Positions 49,259 through 60,500 of a stretch of 64,000 bases of DNA are shown here, one piece after another; positions within the stretch are counted from its first letter, which is position 1, and each line of letters begins with the position of its first letter. The notes under the pieces are model-generated. The model worked only from the letters and a program-made list of their open reading frames with translations. It was not told the DNA's origin and did not search any database. Both the position numbers and the translations under genes were made by a program. The DNA is taken from assembly GCA_030704615.1 (NCBI GenBank), contig CM060731.1:68448001-68512000 (forward strand), given 5' to 3'. Origin of the DNA: Takakia lepidozioides (taxonomy: Eukaryota; Plantae; Bryophyta).

Positions 49259-49699
49259 GTACTTCATTCACTCTCCTTCCATTGTTGCTCAACCCATGTG
49301 GCCAATCTCAAACCAATCATTTCTTTCTTGTTTTGTTAGGCCCTACCGAGAGAAATTTCTGTAGAGAAATATATTCTGTAGAGAAATTTATGAGTGGCTA
49401 CAGAAGATTTCACAAGCTACTATATTGGGCTGGTCATGTCTCTCCCTGGGCTTGGCGAGATTAAATTATTTAATAGAAATATGCTGCTCTCATCTTTGGA
49501 TTCAGCACGCCAAATCCATTTAGTGTGAAGTAAAGACCCCCACAATATCCATCCATGAGACTACGAGCAGCCCTAGAACCATAGGGGTGAATTACACACT
49601 CGAATTGAACAACAACATCCATGCTTTTGCAGTGTCCTGTTGCAAAAAACGCACAAAATTTGAACATGAATATTCATTGACTTTTCCCTCTTCTAAAGA

Positions 49700-49965
49700 G
49701 AATGGGGCCCATTCTAGTTAGGCTCAAGAAGGAGCTAGCGTTCTGGGGCTCTGTTCCTCTCCATCATCGGAAGAGCTCTGGCTGCCAACCAGGTTCTGCT
49801 GGCTGGGATCTGGTATTTTGCCTCTACTTGGAGTCCAGGCTCGAAGTTCATGAAGGAGGTGAAAAGATGTATCAGAAACTTTATCTGGAGAGCCCATTCA
49901 GACCTTCGAAACAAACGCCCACAAGTTTCGTGGTATCAGATATGCCTCCCTAAAGAGGCAGGCAG
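49700..49965 (+). mobile_element. L1-clade LINE ORF2 fragment
   Basis: RCIRNFIW...VSWYQICLPKEAG matches the plant L1 W..VC.PK.EGGLG region. Confidence 0.7.
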
Positions 49966-50034
49966 ACTGACAAAGGCTCTAGGTCTGGAAGCTGGAATCA
50001 GGTGCACACTCACATTATCCAAAGTGGATTCATG

Positions 50035-50525
50035 CCAAATGTTTTTTCTACTCAACACCCTTGTCAACATGTATGTTAAGTGCGGGAGCATCATGGATGC
50101 TCGCCAAGATTTCTACAGAATGCCTTAGCGATCTTTGATCATGTGGAATATAATGTTGGCAGGATTTACCAAACATGGGTGTGGTAGGAATGCTTTGGCG
50201 ACCTATGAGCAAATGTTGCGCAAAAGGGTGAAGCCCAACCACATCACACCTCCGCATGTTTGCAATGCGTGTGCAAGCCTAGGACCTCTGGAAAAGGGCA
50301 AAGAGGTCCATGGTGACATCGTCAAAGCTGGAATTGTACCAGATGTCATCCTGAATACTCCCCTGGTGGACGTCTATGCCAAATGTGGGTGCATTAAGGA
50401 TGCGAAGGGAGTTTTCAACACTATGGCTGAACCAAATGTGGTGTCATGGAACGCGATGCTTGCAGGGTATGCACAGTAGGGACATGGTATGGAGGCTTTG
50501 GAGACCTATGATCAAATGATAGGGG
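50035..50525 (+). pseudogene. PLS-class PPR pseudogene fragment (S-P-L-S-P)
   Basis: NTLVNMYVKCGSIMDAR*, MWNIMLAG, NACASLGPLEKGKEVHGDI, VDVYAKCGCIKDAKGVF, VVSWNAMLAGYAQ*; in-frame stops. Confidence 0.9.
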
Positions 50526-50539
50526 AAAGGGGGGTACCT

Positions 50540-52455
50540 TCTTCAATAGCACAACGGCTACAAGTGGGTAGATGGTCAACTGGAAACAGCAATGGCAGCA
50601 GCACAATTGATAGAACAAGGCCACTGCTAATGAAGGTACCTTCTTCAACATATTTCACCCTGTTTTTCCCCTGCTATCAGAGTCGTCCCTAAATTTTCAT
50701 GTTGAATTCTACAAGTTAGCTCGTTGGTGGATCTATGGTGGTGTTGGAGTGATTTTGACATTTTACTGCCAATGTGGTCGACAGGAAAGTATCGAAAAAC
50801 AGATAATAGAGATATGGAGAAGCTCTGGAATGAATACGGTTCCGACCCCAGCCAATGGTGGAACAATCCAGGAAAAAAGGTGAATGCCTGTTGGAAGCAG
50901 ACGCAAGTCAGCATAGGAACTAGTGTGATAAGTAGGGTTGGGGTGTTTGCTGGAACAATTCTAGAGTGTTATTGTCAGCTGCTAGCATCAAGGCAAGGAT
51001 GTATGCATGATTTGTGTAGAGGCATGGATAGCTGAAGGAGCAGGGAGTAGTGTGGGTCCAGATTCATCCAAGAGGGCCGGATTTCAAGCTCCAGATTGCC
51101 TACAATTCCCTGTGGAAGCAGCACACACCTCGCACACACAAGAGGTCCTCTTGGGTGCATGGTCAGTGAAATCCTCCATGGGTCATGACACAAGGTCGAG
51201 GACAATGTGGTGAGGGCACCTTCTTCTTCGACCTATTTCAGCCTATTTTTCCCTCTCATCAGACCCAGCCCTGAATTTACATATTGAATGCTGTAAGTTA
51301 GCTCGTTGGGTGGATGTGGGGTGGTTTGGGGTGACTTTGACAAGTTACTGCTGATGTGGCAGCAGGAAAGTACCCAAAAATAGATAACAAGATGAAGAGA
51401 AGCTTTGGGATGAACACTTTCCGATCCCAGTCAGTGGGGGGACAATGGAGACAAAAAGGTGAGTGCTTGTTCGACTACAGAGAGAAGCAGTTGCAATTCA
51501 GAATTGGAACTATTGTTAAGTCCTAGGTTGGGGTATTTTCTGGAAGAACTTCATGCCGTCACTGTCAGCTGCTAGCAGCAAGGCTGAGGGATGTATTCAT
51601 GATCTGTACACAAGCAGGGATAGCTGAGGGACCGGGGATAGAGGTCCAGATTCATGTTCAGGTTCAGGCTGAGGGATCAATAGCTAAAAGAAATCAGCTG
51701 GAGTAGATGGTCAATTGTTGCAAGTGGAAACAGTAGCGGCATCACAATTGATAGAATGAGGTGCTGCTAATGAAGGCACCTTCCTCAACACATTTCAGCC
51801 TGTTTTTCCAAATAGGGTTGGGGTGTAAGAACAAATCTAGGCTGTCATCATCAGCGCTAGCAGCAAGACAATGATATATGCATGATTTGTGCAGAAGCAT
51901 AGATAGTTGAAGGAGCAGGGATAGAGTGAGGGTGCAGATTCACCCAAGAGGGCATGCATCTTATTCAACACATTTCACCTTGTTTTTCCCTCTTATCAGA
52001 ATTGGCCCTAAATTTCCATGTTGAATTCTGCAAGTTAGCTGGTTGAATGAATCTAGTTTGGAGTGACTTTGACATGATACTGCCAATGTGACAACAGGAA
52101 AATATCAAAAAACAAGTAACAGAGATGAGGAGAAGTTGTGGAATGAATACTATTCTGCCCAAGTCAATGATGGGACAACCAAGGCAAAAAGGTGAATGCC
52201 TGTTACATTTCATAGACTAGCAGACGCATTCAGCATAGGAACTAGTGTGAGAAGCTGAGTTGGATGTTTCCTAGAATAAATCTAGGCTGTCATTGTCAGC
52301 TACTAGCAGCGAGGCAAGGATGAATGCATGATTTGTGAAGAGGCATGTGTAGCTGAAGGAGCAAAGAGAGTGTGGGTCCAGATTTCAAGCACAAGATTAC
52401 CTATGATTCCCTGTGGATCAATAGCTACAAGAAACCTGCATGGGTAGATGATCTA
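50540..52455 (+). pseudogene. Three decayed tandem copies of an intron-split OSB-type PDF motif module
   Basis: AG/GT-bounded exons 50785-50879, 51365-51458 and ~52098-52191 encode EKLW.E...DPSQWW.N..KK or decayed versions. Partner exons encode IHPRGPDFKLQIAYNSLW (~51062) and PDFKHKITYDSLWINSYKKPAWVD (~52378). Confidence 0.7.
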
Positions 52456-52494
52456 TTCCGTGGGACTCAATTTGTCACTGAGCCTTGCATGATG

Positions 52495-52690
52495 AGGGTC
52501 ACAATTGCTTGGCAGCTTACATGCATGAGGCCTTGACCCTTAGGCAATCCCCAGAGCAGTAGTAGCTTTGGGCTGCTTTTTTACTTTGGTTTTTTCATTT
52601 TGTATCATAAGCTCTTTGAGCTTTCCGCAGATGTAATGAAGTACCATTTGTTTCATTTCATTTCATTTTCATTTTGTTTTGTTTCATGAC
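52495..52690 (+). mobile_element. 5'-truncated copy (3' end) of the RTEX-like LINE
   Basis: CLAAYMHEALTLRQS, the 3' UTR cataagctc.ttgagctttccgc.ga and a (CATTT)n tail match 48780-48942. Confidence 0.85.
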
Positions 52691-53399
52691 ATGTCTTTCA
52701 TTGTTTTCGCATTTCTAATGACATGATTAGTTCTCTTGTATGGCATTACATACGTATGTACTAGTCGGCTCATTACAAACACCAAAACTTCAAAGCATGA
52801 ACCACTATGAGTGATTGTTGAAGTAATTTCGAGCACTTCATTTAAAGTAGTAAAGCAGTGGTTGCACTGACTTCCGCAGTCGCAATTGGCACTGGGCATG
52901 TAGCACTGCAAGTTATGTGGTCAACTACCACGTGGCGCCCCGGGCCCGTGGCCACGTGGCAGCAGTGCTGCTCGCCGTGGCGCCGCCACGTCGGCGTCCA
53001 CATCGTCGTCCACGTCCACGTCTGCGTCCATGTGTCACCATGCTCCGGTGAGTCAGTCCACTCATCCGGAGGGAAAAGTCAAAGTCAACCCAAAAGGTCA
53101 GACGCACGGGCGGCCCGCTTGGTTACGCCACGTGGTTCTTCAGCATTAATCGCAATAATTGTTGAGCAGTTGTTCGCGCGTCTGTATCCTTTACCACTCC
53201 AATCATTGGATGTCCGACCCAACTTCCACGTCTGTCGTAACTAGTTGTTTGTAACTTCCAGTCGATCCCGGTTTTTTGACTTTTACGACTCAAAATGAGT
53301 CGTTGTAACCCCAGTGGTAAATGACACGAATGCTTCTAGTGTCACGAGCACGAGTTGTTGCTCGAGTGACAGCAGTTGCAGAGTCCACATGCAATGGTC

Positions 53400-56300
53400 C
53401 AGCAAGTGTGGCTCCACACATGAAGCCCATACCAATCTAGTCTTCCCTAGGCATAGGAGGTTATGTAGGTGGGGCTTGAACCTCAGGCCTTGGAGCTGGC
53501 GCCACATTAGTAGTGGCCATGGCAACAAGACGTTGCTCTAGCTGGGCAAGCCTATCCATCATGTCTTGGTCATGACCTTGATCTTGACCTTGTGCTCCTT
53601 GATTTTGGTTACGACCTCCACCACGACCTCTGCCTTCTCTACCTCTCTGGACTACATTGCCTCGTCCTTGGCCACCATTGTTCCCTTGGAACTGGCCTGG
53701 CCATAGCTCAGGATGCAAGCCATAACAATGGGTCTCTTCATGCCCATATTTGCTACAATGCCCACACTGTAGTTGTGTAGGTTGTGCCTGTGCCGGCCCT
53801 TTGTCTCTCTCCGGACAATCTCTCTTAACATGGGGTCCTCCACAATCCCAACATGTCACACCCGACTGTTGTTGGCCTGAGAATGAAGGAAGTGACATCT
53901 ACAATTGAGATCCTCTCTGTCCTTCCCTGGGCTTCTCTTGAGCCCCATTGTTGCCTTGAGCACATTGGGGTAGTGGTTGTTGTTGGCTAGGAGCCCCAAT
54001 TCGTTGTGTCTCCTTACCAAACCCCACCATGACCACTCGTTCCTCCACCATATTAAGCTCTATCCGCTCTGCCAGCAAAAACATGTTTGCTAAGGTGGGT
54101 TGGGCCACTTGTAGGAGAGTTGCATCCCGCACTCTTCTCCGAAGCTCATTGTCCAATATCCCATACCAGAATTGGACTGCTTGAGCTTCCGTAACCCCTT
54201 GGGTTACATTTATCAATCGCCTCATGCGCGTGTAAGCCTCCCTCAAACTCTCAGTCGGCTTGCGCTGGAACTCTTGCAAGCTCCGCAATTTCTCCGTCCT
54301 TATTCCCTGGTAGTTTCTCCTCAACTCCTCAAAGAACTCCACAACTGGGTTAAAGGCAGGCACGGGTGCTGGTGCTGCAACATGAGCTTGAGTGGATTTC
54401 CTAGCTCCATCTTTATTTGTCCCACTACTAGTGCTTGCAGTTGGGGATGTTGGTGTAGCTGCCGGTGTCGCCGCTGCTCTTGTGCCTCTAGTGATGGAGA
54501 CATAGTCAGGTGACCAATATTGTCACCACTCCTCAATCTCCACCTCATTTCCCCGCCTAAACTCATGGTAGTCATCCATAGGCGGCCCCCTCAAGGTGCT
54601 GAAAAAGCCCCTTCCACGCCATAAAAGGCATAAACAGTTGTGGATTGCGCATCTGCTGCAAATCACACCACCTATCAAACTCCTACATGAAATCATCAAG
54701 CTCGATGGTGCCCACAGCTCCCGAGTACCGACGTGGCCCCTTGGTAGCTCCATACATTTCCTCCATCGTATCCCACAACAATGGCACAAAAATGGCTTGC
54801 ACCCTCGGCAAGAATCCTCCTGACTCCGAGTCTGAACCTTTCTCAGAAGACACTGAAGGTGAAGGTGGCCTAAACCACACACCTCGCCTTGTATACCCAC
54901 TAGTATCGCTGGTGCTTGTACCGGCACTCTCCTCAGCAACTGGTGGCACCTCCGTGATGAAAACTCACACTCAAACCGGCTATCAACCTGTCTCTAGTCC
55001 CCCTTTCCACAAGGTAACCGGGTAGAGAACCTGTTGCGGCTTATGGTTTGGAATACTAGGTTCCTAACCTGAACCTGCACATGCACCTGCATCCACCACA
55101 GGCACTCATATGGTCTGCCGGTCATCAACCCAACCTCACCATAGGAGAAACAATGATGGTCTGCTGGTCATCACCCCAGCCTCACCACCGACAGCACACT
55201 CTAGGATTGGCCGGCCATAATATTTCCGGCACAACCACCTATAAAAGCAAGCGCCCAAACCAAATTAGCATGGCGCACAGTCAAACGTGCATGTGTGGGA
55301 GGAGGATCCAAACACAGGAAACTCAAATAACAACACCTCCCACACTTAAATCAATCGATTTCTTTGCGGCTCCAATAAATCTACAAGATGGCCAAGTCCC
55401 TATCTAAACTAGCTCTGCCTCCGCTTATAGAAAAGCTTTGGCCTACAAGAATGATGGAAGACTATAGATAAGATAAGCTAAAGCAATCTTTAAGCCCAGA
55501 ATGCTCTCATCCCATTACTCCCCCTATCTTCACACTCACTCTTGTTTGAGCAATAAACAAGACTATCCTTAAAGAACCTCTCAAATAACTCTCAAGAGCC
55601 CTCAAATTATTGCCATGAACTTCTGAAATCTGCCCTCAATCAGCCCCTCACATAAACCCACCGAGGTTCAAGAAGTTTGCAAACTTGGACTCCAAACAGT
55701 CCACCAAAAGGCCCTAAGCGCCCGCCAATTAGTGGCCTCCAAGGTCTCCAACCAGCCCTCACAATGGCTCCACAAGCCTGCCCAATATGGTCTCCAAGGA
55801 CCTCCAATAGTCTTCCAAATAGCCCTTAAGAAGTTCCTCAAATCTGCTAAGTATTGGCCTCCAAGGACCTCCAATAGTCCTCCAACAGCCCTTAAAAAAC
55901 TCCTCAAATCTGCCAAGTATTTGCCCCCAAGGATCTCCAATAGTCCTCCAACAGCCCTTAAGAAGCTCCTCAAATCTGCCAAGTATTTGCCCCTAAGGAC
56001 CTCCAATAGTCCTCCCAAGAGCCCTCAAAAAGCTCCACGAATCTGCCCACTATGGGCCTCCAAGGACCTCCAACAGTCCTCCCAAGAGCCCTCCCAAATC
56101 TGCAAGATATTGGCTTCAACAGATCCCAAATAGTCCTCAAAGCCGGCCCCAATACCTTCTAGATATTGGCCTCAATAGACCCCAAATAGTTCTCAAAACA
56201 GGCCCCAATACCTGCTAGATATTGGCCTCAATAGACCCCAAATTTAACTCAAACTAGCCCCCAAAAGGCTCCAAAAATATCCGCTGGCAGTCGATTTTCA

Positions 56301-57543
56301 TCCGTCGCTGACCAAATGTCATCCAAAACCGTGATATTTCATCCACAGGCCCAATATTTCATCTGCCACGATAGTTCATCCGTCGGTGCGATATTTCATC
56401 TGCTGGCGCAATTTCATCCGTTGCCGTGATTTTTCATCCGATGGTATAATAGTTCATCCATTGACGCAGTTTCATCTGCAGCTGCAATTTCTCATCCGAT
56501 AGCGCAATAGTTCATCCGCTGACAAGATTTCATCCGCTGGCACAGTTGAGTTGGCTGTCCCCCCGCCAGAGGGGACGTTCTACGTCCGTCGCCCGGTCGG
56601 CACGCCACGATTTTTCATCCGATAGCACGATATTTCATCCGATACCAAGATTTCATTCACTGCAACCAATTTTAATCCAGGAACGCAGATTTTCATCCAC
56701 TGGCTCAATAGTTCATCCGATGGGTCAATGGTGGTGCTCCCAACTCTGGGGCAATGTTCCCATGCGTTCCCATGCATTCCCACGAGTTCCCAAGGAGTTC
56801 CCAGGCGTTCCCAAGTGTTTCCACGCGTTCCCAAGCTAGGGTTTGCGCCGCTTTGCCTCTGCAATTGTTGCAACTAGCTATGGCTTCTATGGAGCAACCA
56901 GAGTTGATGTTCTTGGTTTCTTGAGCATCAATAGACCACCAAGAGTGCCTCTAACTCCCTGAGCAAGCTATTTGCCACACAACAAGCTCTTTTTCTCTAT
57001 GGAACTTATTGAAACAAACATAGAACAAGCTATTGAGCTTTCTATGGCATACCCTCTTCTAGCCATCGCATGCACTCATAGTGCTTCCTTCCATGGCCAT
57101 AGTGCACCTCTTAGAGCTCCTAATCTAGCCCTGCACTTGCCACTTCCATAGACATGTTCTTCCCAAGCTTGGGATTGAAACCCCAACTCAAAGCATGCAA
57201 TACAAATACACTATTCTGCCCCAAAGAGAAATCAGATGTCTACCTCCACTCATAGCTCTCCTAAGCTTGAAGTTGAAGACTCCCACAAGCTGAAACCATG
57301 CTTCACACATGCACCGCTTGCTTCCTTAACACCCGAGCTCTTCCTGAACTCCTCAAGCCCTGCAACACTTGTAGAACAAGAGCTTCTTCACAAGCTCTCA
57401 AACTTTTCAATGGGGCTCTCCTTGAAGACCTCATCTTGTACATAAACACCACAAGGCTTTCCTCTTGCAAACCCTGCAACACTTTGTAACTTAAGAGCTA
57501 TCTACCAAGCTCTCCTCTACACAAGTGAGCTAACTATGCTAAC
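53400..57543 (-). mobile_element. LTR-retrotransposon remnant: fragmented gag (54949-53461) plus a long repeat-rich upstream region; pol absent; boundaries approximate
   Basis: Capsid-like EKLRSLQEFQRKPTESLREAYTRMRRL and two zinc knuckles (CWDCGGPHVKRDC, CGHCSKYGHEETHC), with stops and frameshifts. Possible TG start (TGTTAGC) at 57543. Confidence 0.7.
55794..56835. repeat. Stacked minisatellites: ~66 bp x5, 56 bp x3, ~22 bp TTTCATCC-core units, GTTCCC microrepeats
   Basis: ccaaggacctcc-like starts at ~55794/55861/55927/55993/56060; agatattggc at 56105/56161/56217; ttcatcc recurs through 56295-56720. Confidence 0.85.
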
Positions 57544-60500
57544 ACCTTGCACTCATCGATGTAAGCAGGTCTTCTTCTAGTGATACGGAAATGATGAAAA
57601 GAGGAGAAACCACTCTATCACGTTATATAAGTCAAGCCAATGGCACATTTGCTAAAGGACTCCACCATACAGACCTCACCCACTCTTCATCTCAAGTACT
57701 AGAGCTATGGCGGCGAGAAGGGCCTCGGAAGGCTCGACTAGAAGAAGACGAGCCTGCCTACGTCTGACGTGGAGATAACATCTCCACGTCCCAAATGAGG
57801 TTTACCACCTCACTTGGTACATGGAACCAAATGAAGTCCCAATGCCAACAAAATACAAATATAAATGTATAATGTCCTAATTAGCTAGAAATAACTATTT
57901 CTAATTAATCACACAAATAAAACCATGACACCCGGGATATTTGAACAGAATGTACTCGCGAACCCGCTCCACTTCAAGCCGCTTATAAATGAGGGTCCAT
58001 GCTACATATTCGCCAAGCTGATATGGCTCTCCGAATAGACTCTCGAACGACAATAGTCTAAACAAGCACGCAACACAAAATTTCAGTACTGGATCCAAAA
58101 GACCCGGCGCATAAGACCGGTATTGAACATACCGAGCAGACCGGTTCATATAGAGCCAACACATCGTATGTGCTAACGACGCTGGCCGAAGCCTGTTTCC
58201 CAATCCTCAACAGACCTGACTCCGTCTTTCAGTGAAGATTGTACTGTTCATTCTGTTGAAGTGATGTTTTCTCCAGCAGACTGCGACTACAAGAGGTTTG
58301 TCGGCTTCACAGTAAGGGTAGAATCAGGTCTGTCGGCTTCACCCAAAAGGTAGCAGACATGCATGACAGACCAGAGGGCTCATGACCAGAAGACAGACCA
58401 TAGGGCTCACCGGCACTAGCAGACTATTATATTAGACAGACATAGGATCGATCAGCGGTAGGACATACAAGACTGACCAGAAGACTGACTAGCGGACAGC
58501 AGCAGCAGGTCTTCAGCATGACCTTGTGCTGTATGTCGTCATCATCGTCAGGACATTCAGGGGATTTCAACCAATTCTGTTCAGCCTCGATAATGGTTAC
58601 GGCCATCAGACCAGTCTGCACAAATCTAAAGAAAAATGGGAAGAAATCTGGATCGTCTTGCGGCAAGCAGACCGATGGGAGAACCCCAAACGGAATTAGG
58701 TGCAATGTTCCCGGGCAGACTGGTCCCCTCGGTCTCTGGTTGCACAGAGTCGGTCTGCCCAGATCCGAGAAGACGTTGCTCGGTCTCCTGGACGGTGTGG
58801 GCTAGGGAGGTGTTAGTAGATGGTCATGGGTAGATGGTAGATAGTTTGGAGTGATTTTGACATGATACTGCAAAAGTGACTTCCTAGACACCTTCATATT
58901 AATGTTAGCTAAGCATCCAACATGTATAAAAGAAGCAGGTAGGAGAAGAAAGATGTGCACGTGTTTTAGACACACCACTATAGAAGCGGCACCTAAAAAC
59001 ACCTGCACGATAAAGCTTTATTGAATTCCTCTAGTGATGAATGGAAATTTGCTTGGTTTGTGGATCCCTATGGTGGTCTTTTTTGAGTCTGTGGTTATGG
59101 TGGATGTGTCTGATTTTATGCACCGTACCAAGATCTGACTAGGCATCTTCAATGCCAAGAGTTTCGAGCACGAGGAGGGTAGCCTACGTGGCCGCCTACG
59201 TGATTGTTCGGGAAGTTGCAGATTTTTTTCTGTTTTAAGGGTCCATTTTTAAAGAACTCGGCGATACGCATCTTTTCATCCAAAAGAGAATGACAAATAG
59301 ACATTTTCCATTTATTTGTGCTCATTCAGCTTTTATATTCCATCCTTGTCATTTCATCCTCCTCCGTGACTCTGCCTATGTGTACAATATGAAAATTTCT
59401 TTATCTTGGTGGTATGGTACAATAATTATGAGAAGAAATGTCAATGTCTTGGTGATATCTCATATTTGAAATCCCACTGAACACTTCGCCCTCTACAAAT
59501 GCTCCTGCCCTTGGAAAGTATTTGAAGATAGAATAAAATTCAACCTACTGCTTGAACAATACAAGGGCATAGTCCTCTCCCCTCCATACTCCAGTTGGTC
59601 ATGATTAGAATATATAAATTTAGCCCCCATCTATCTAAGCTATTTTTCAATCTATGGACCCTTAACCATTCATCTCAAGTTTATGCACCGGACAAATTGA
59701 ATTTTTGAAGCACACATATAACTTACCTTATTTTATTTCTCACTTACTTGAAAAAACATACTGACTTACCACTGCATAATACAAGGCCCCCCTGAAAAAT
59801 TTATAAAATAATAAAATAAAATAAAATAAAATAAGATGGAATACTTTTATTTTTTCTATTAAAGGAATGGGATAGACTTAGAGGGAAAGCAATAGCCAAG
59901 CTCATAGCACTACTGCATGTGCATAGGTTCATGCTTAGGCACAATTTTGTGAGCGTAGACTCACAACTAACTAATTTGAATAGGTATTCCAAATGAGACC
60001 CTACTTCCGTAGATACATTATATAGCTATCGCCCTAGTAGTCACGTGGATGAGTTAGTAATTAAACAAATGTGAAATGAATTATTTTGTGGTGTGTGGAG
60101 GAAGTTTACATAGGGTACTTGCCGTTACTTTGAATATGTAGGTACAACCACATGGTATGTTTTGTACACTGCATAGAGGGGACACAATAAAGAAATGAGG
60201 ACTCATTAAAAAGAAAAAGACAATTCACAACATATACCATTCCCATAGGTAGGTTGTAGCATTTGGGATGAAGTGACACTAGTTACGCTTGCTTTGACAA
60301 GAGTCCACACTTTTTTCACAACACATGTTGCAATACCATAATGTTTATCACAAAGACCCCTAGAAACTCACAATGCCCAACAATGTCTATTTCCAAATTC
60401 CAGTGTCTAGTAGAAGAACATCCACTATGCTAACCATCCAAACATTTTAAATCTTGCGTACTCTACATTGCCATTGTGATTTGCAATGATTCGTATGATG

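Noticed and set aside
55668-56152. ORFs with 22-aa repeats (PPRTSNSPPTALKKLLKSAKY)
   Set aside because: Translation of a 66/67-bp tandem repeat whose units break frame.
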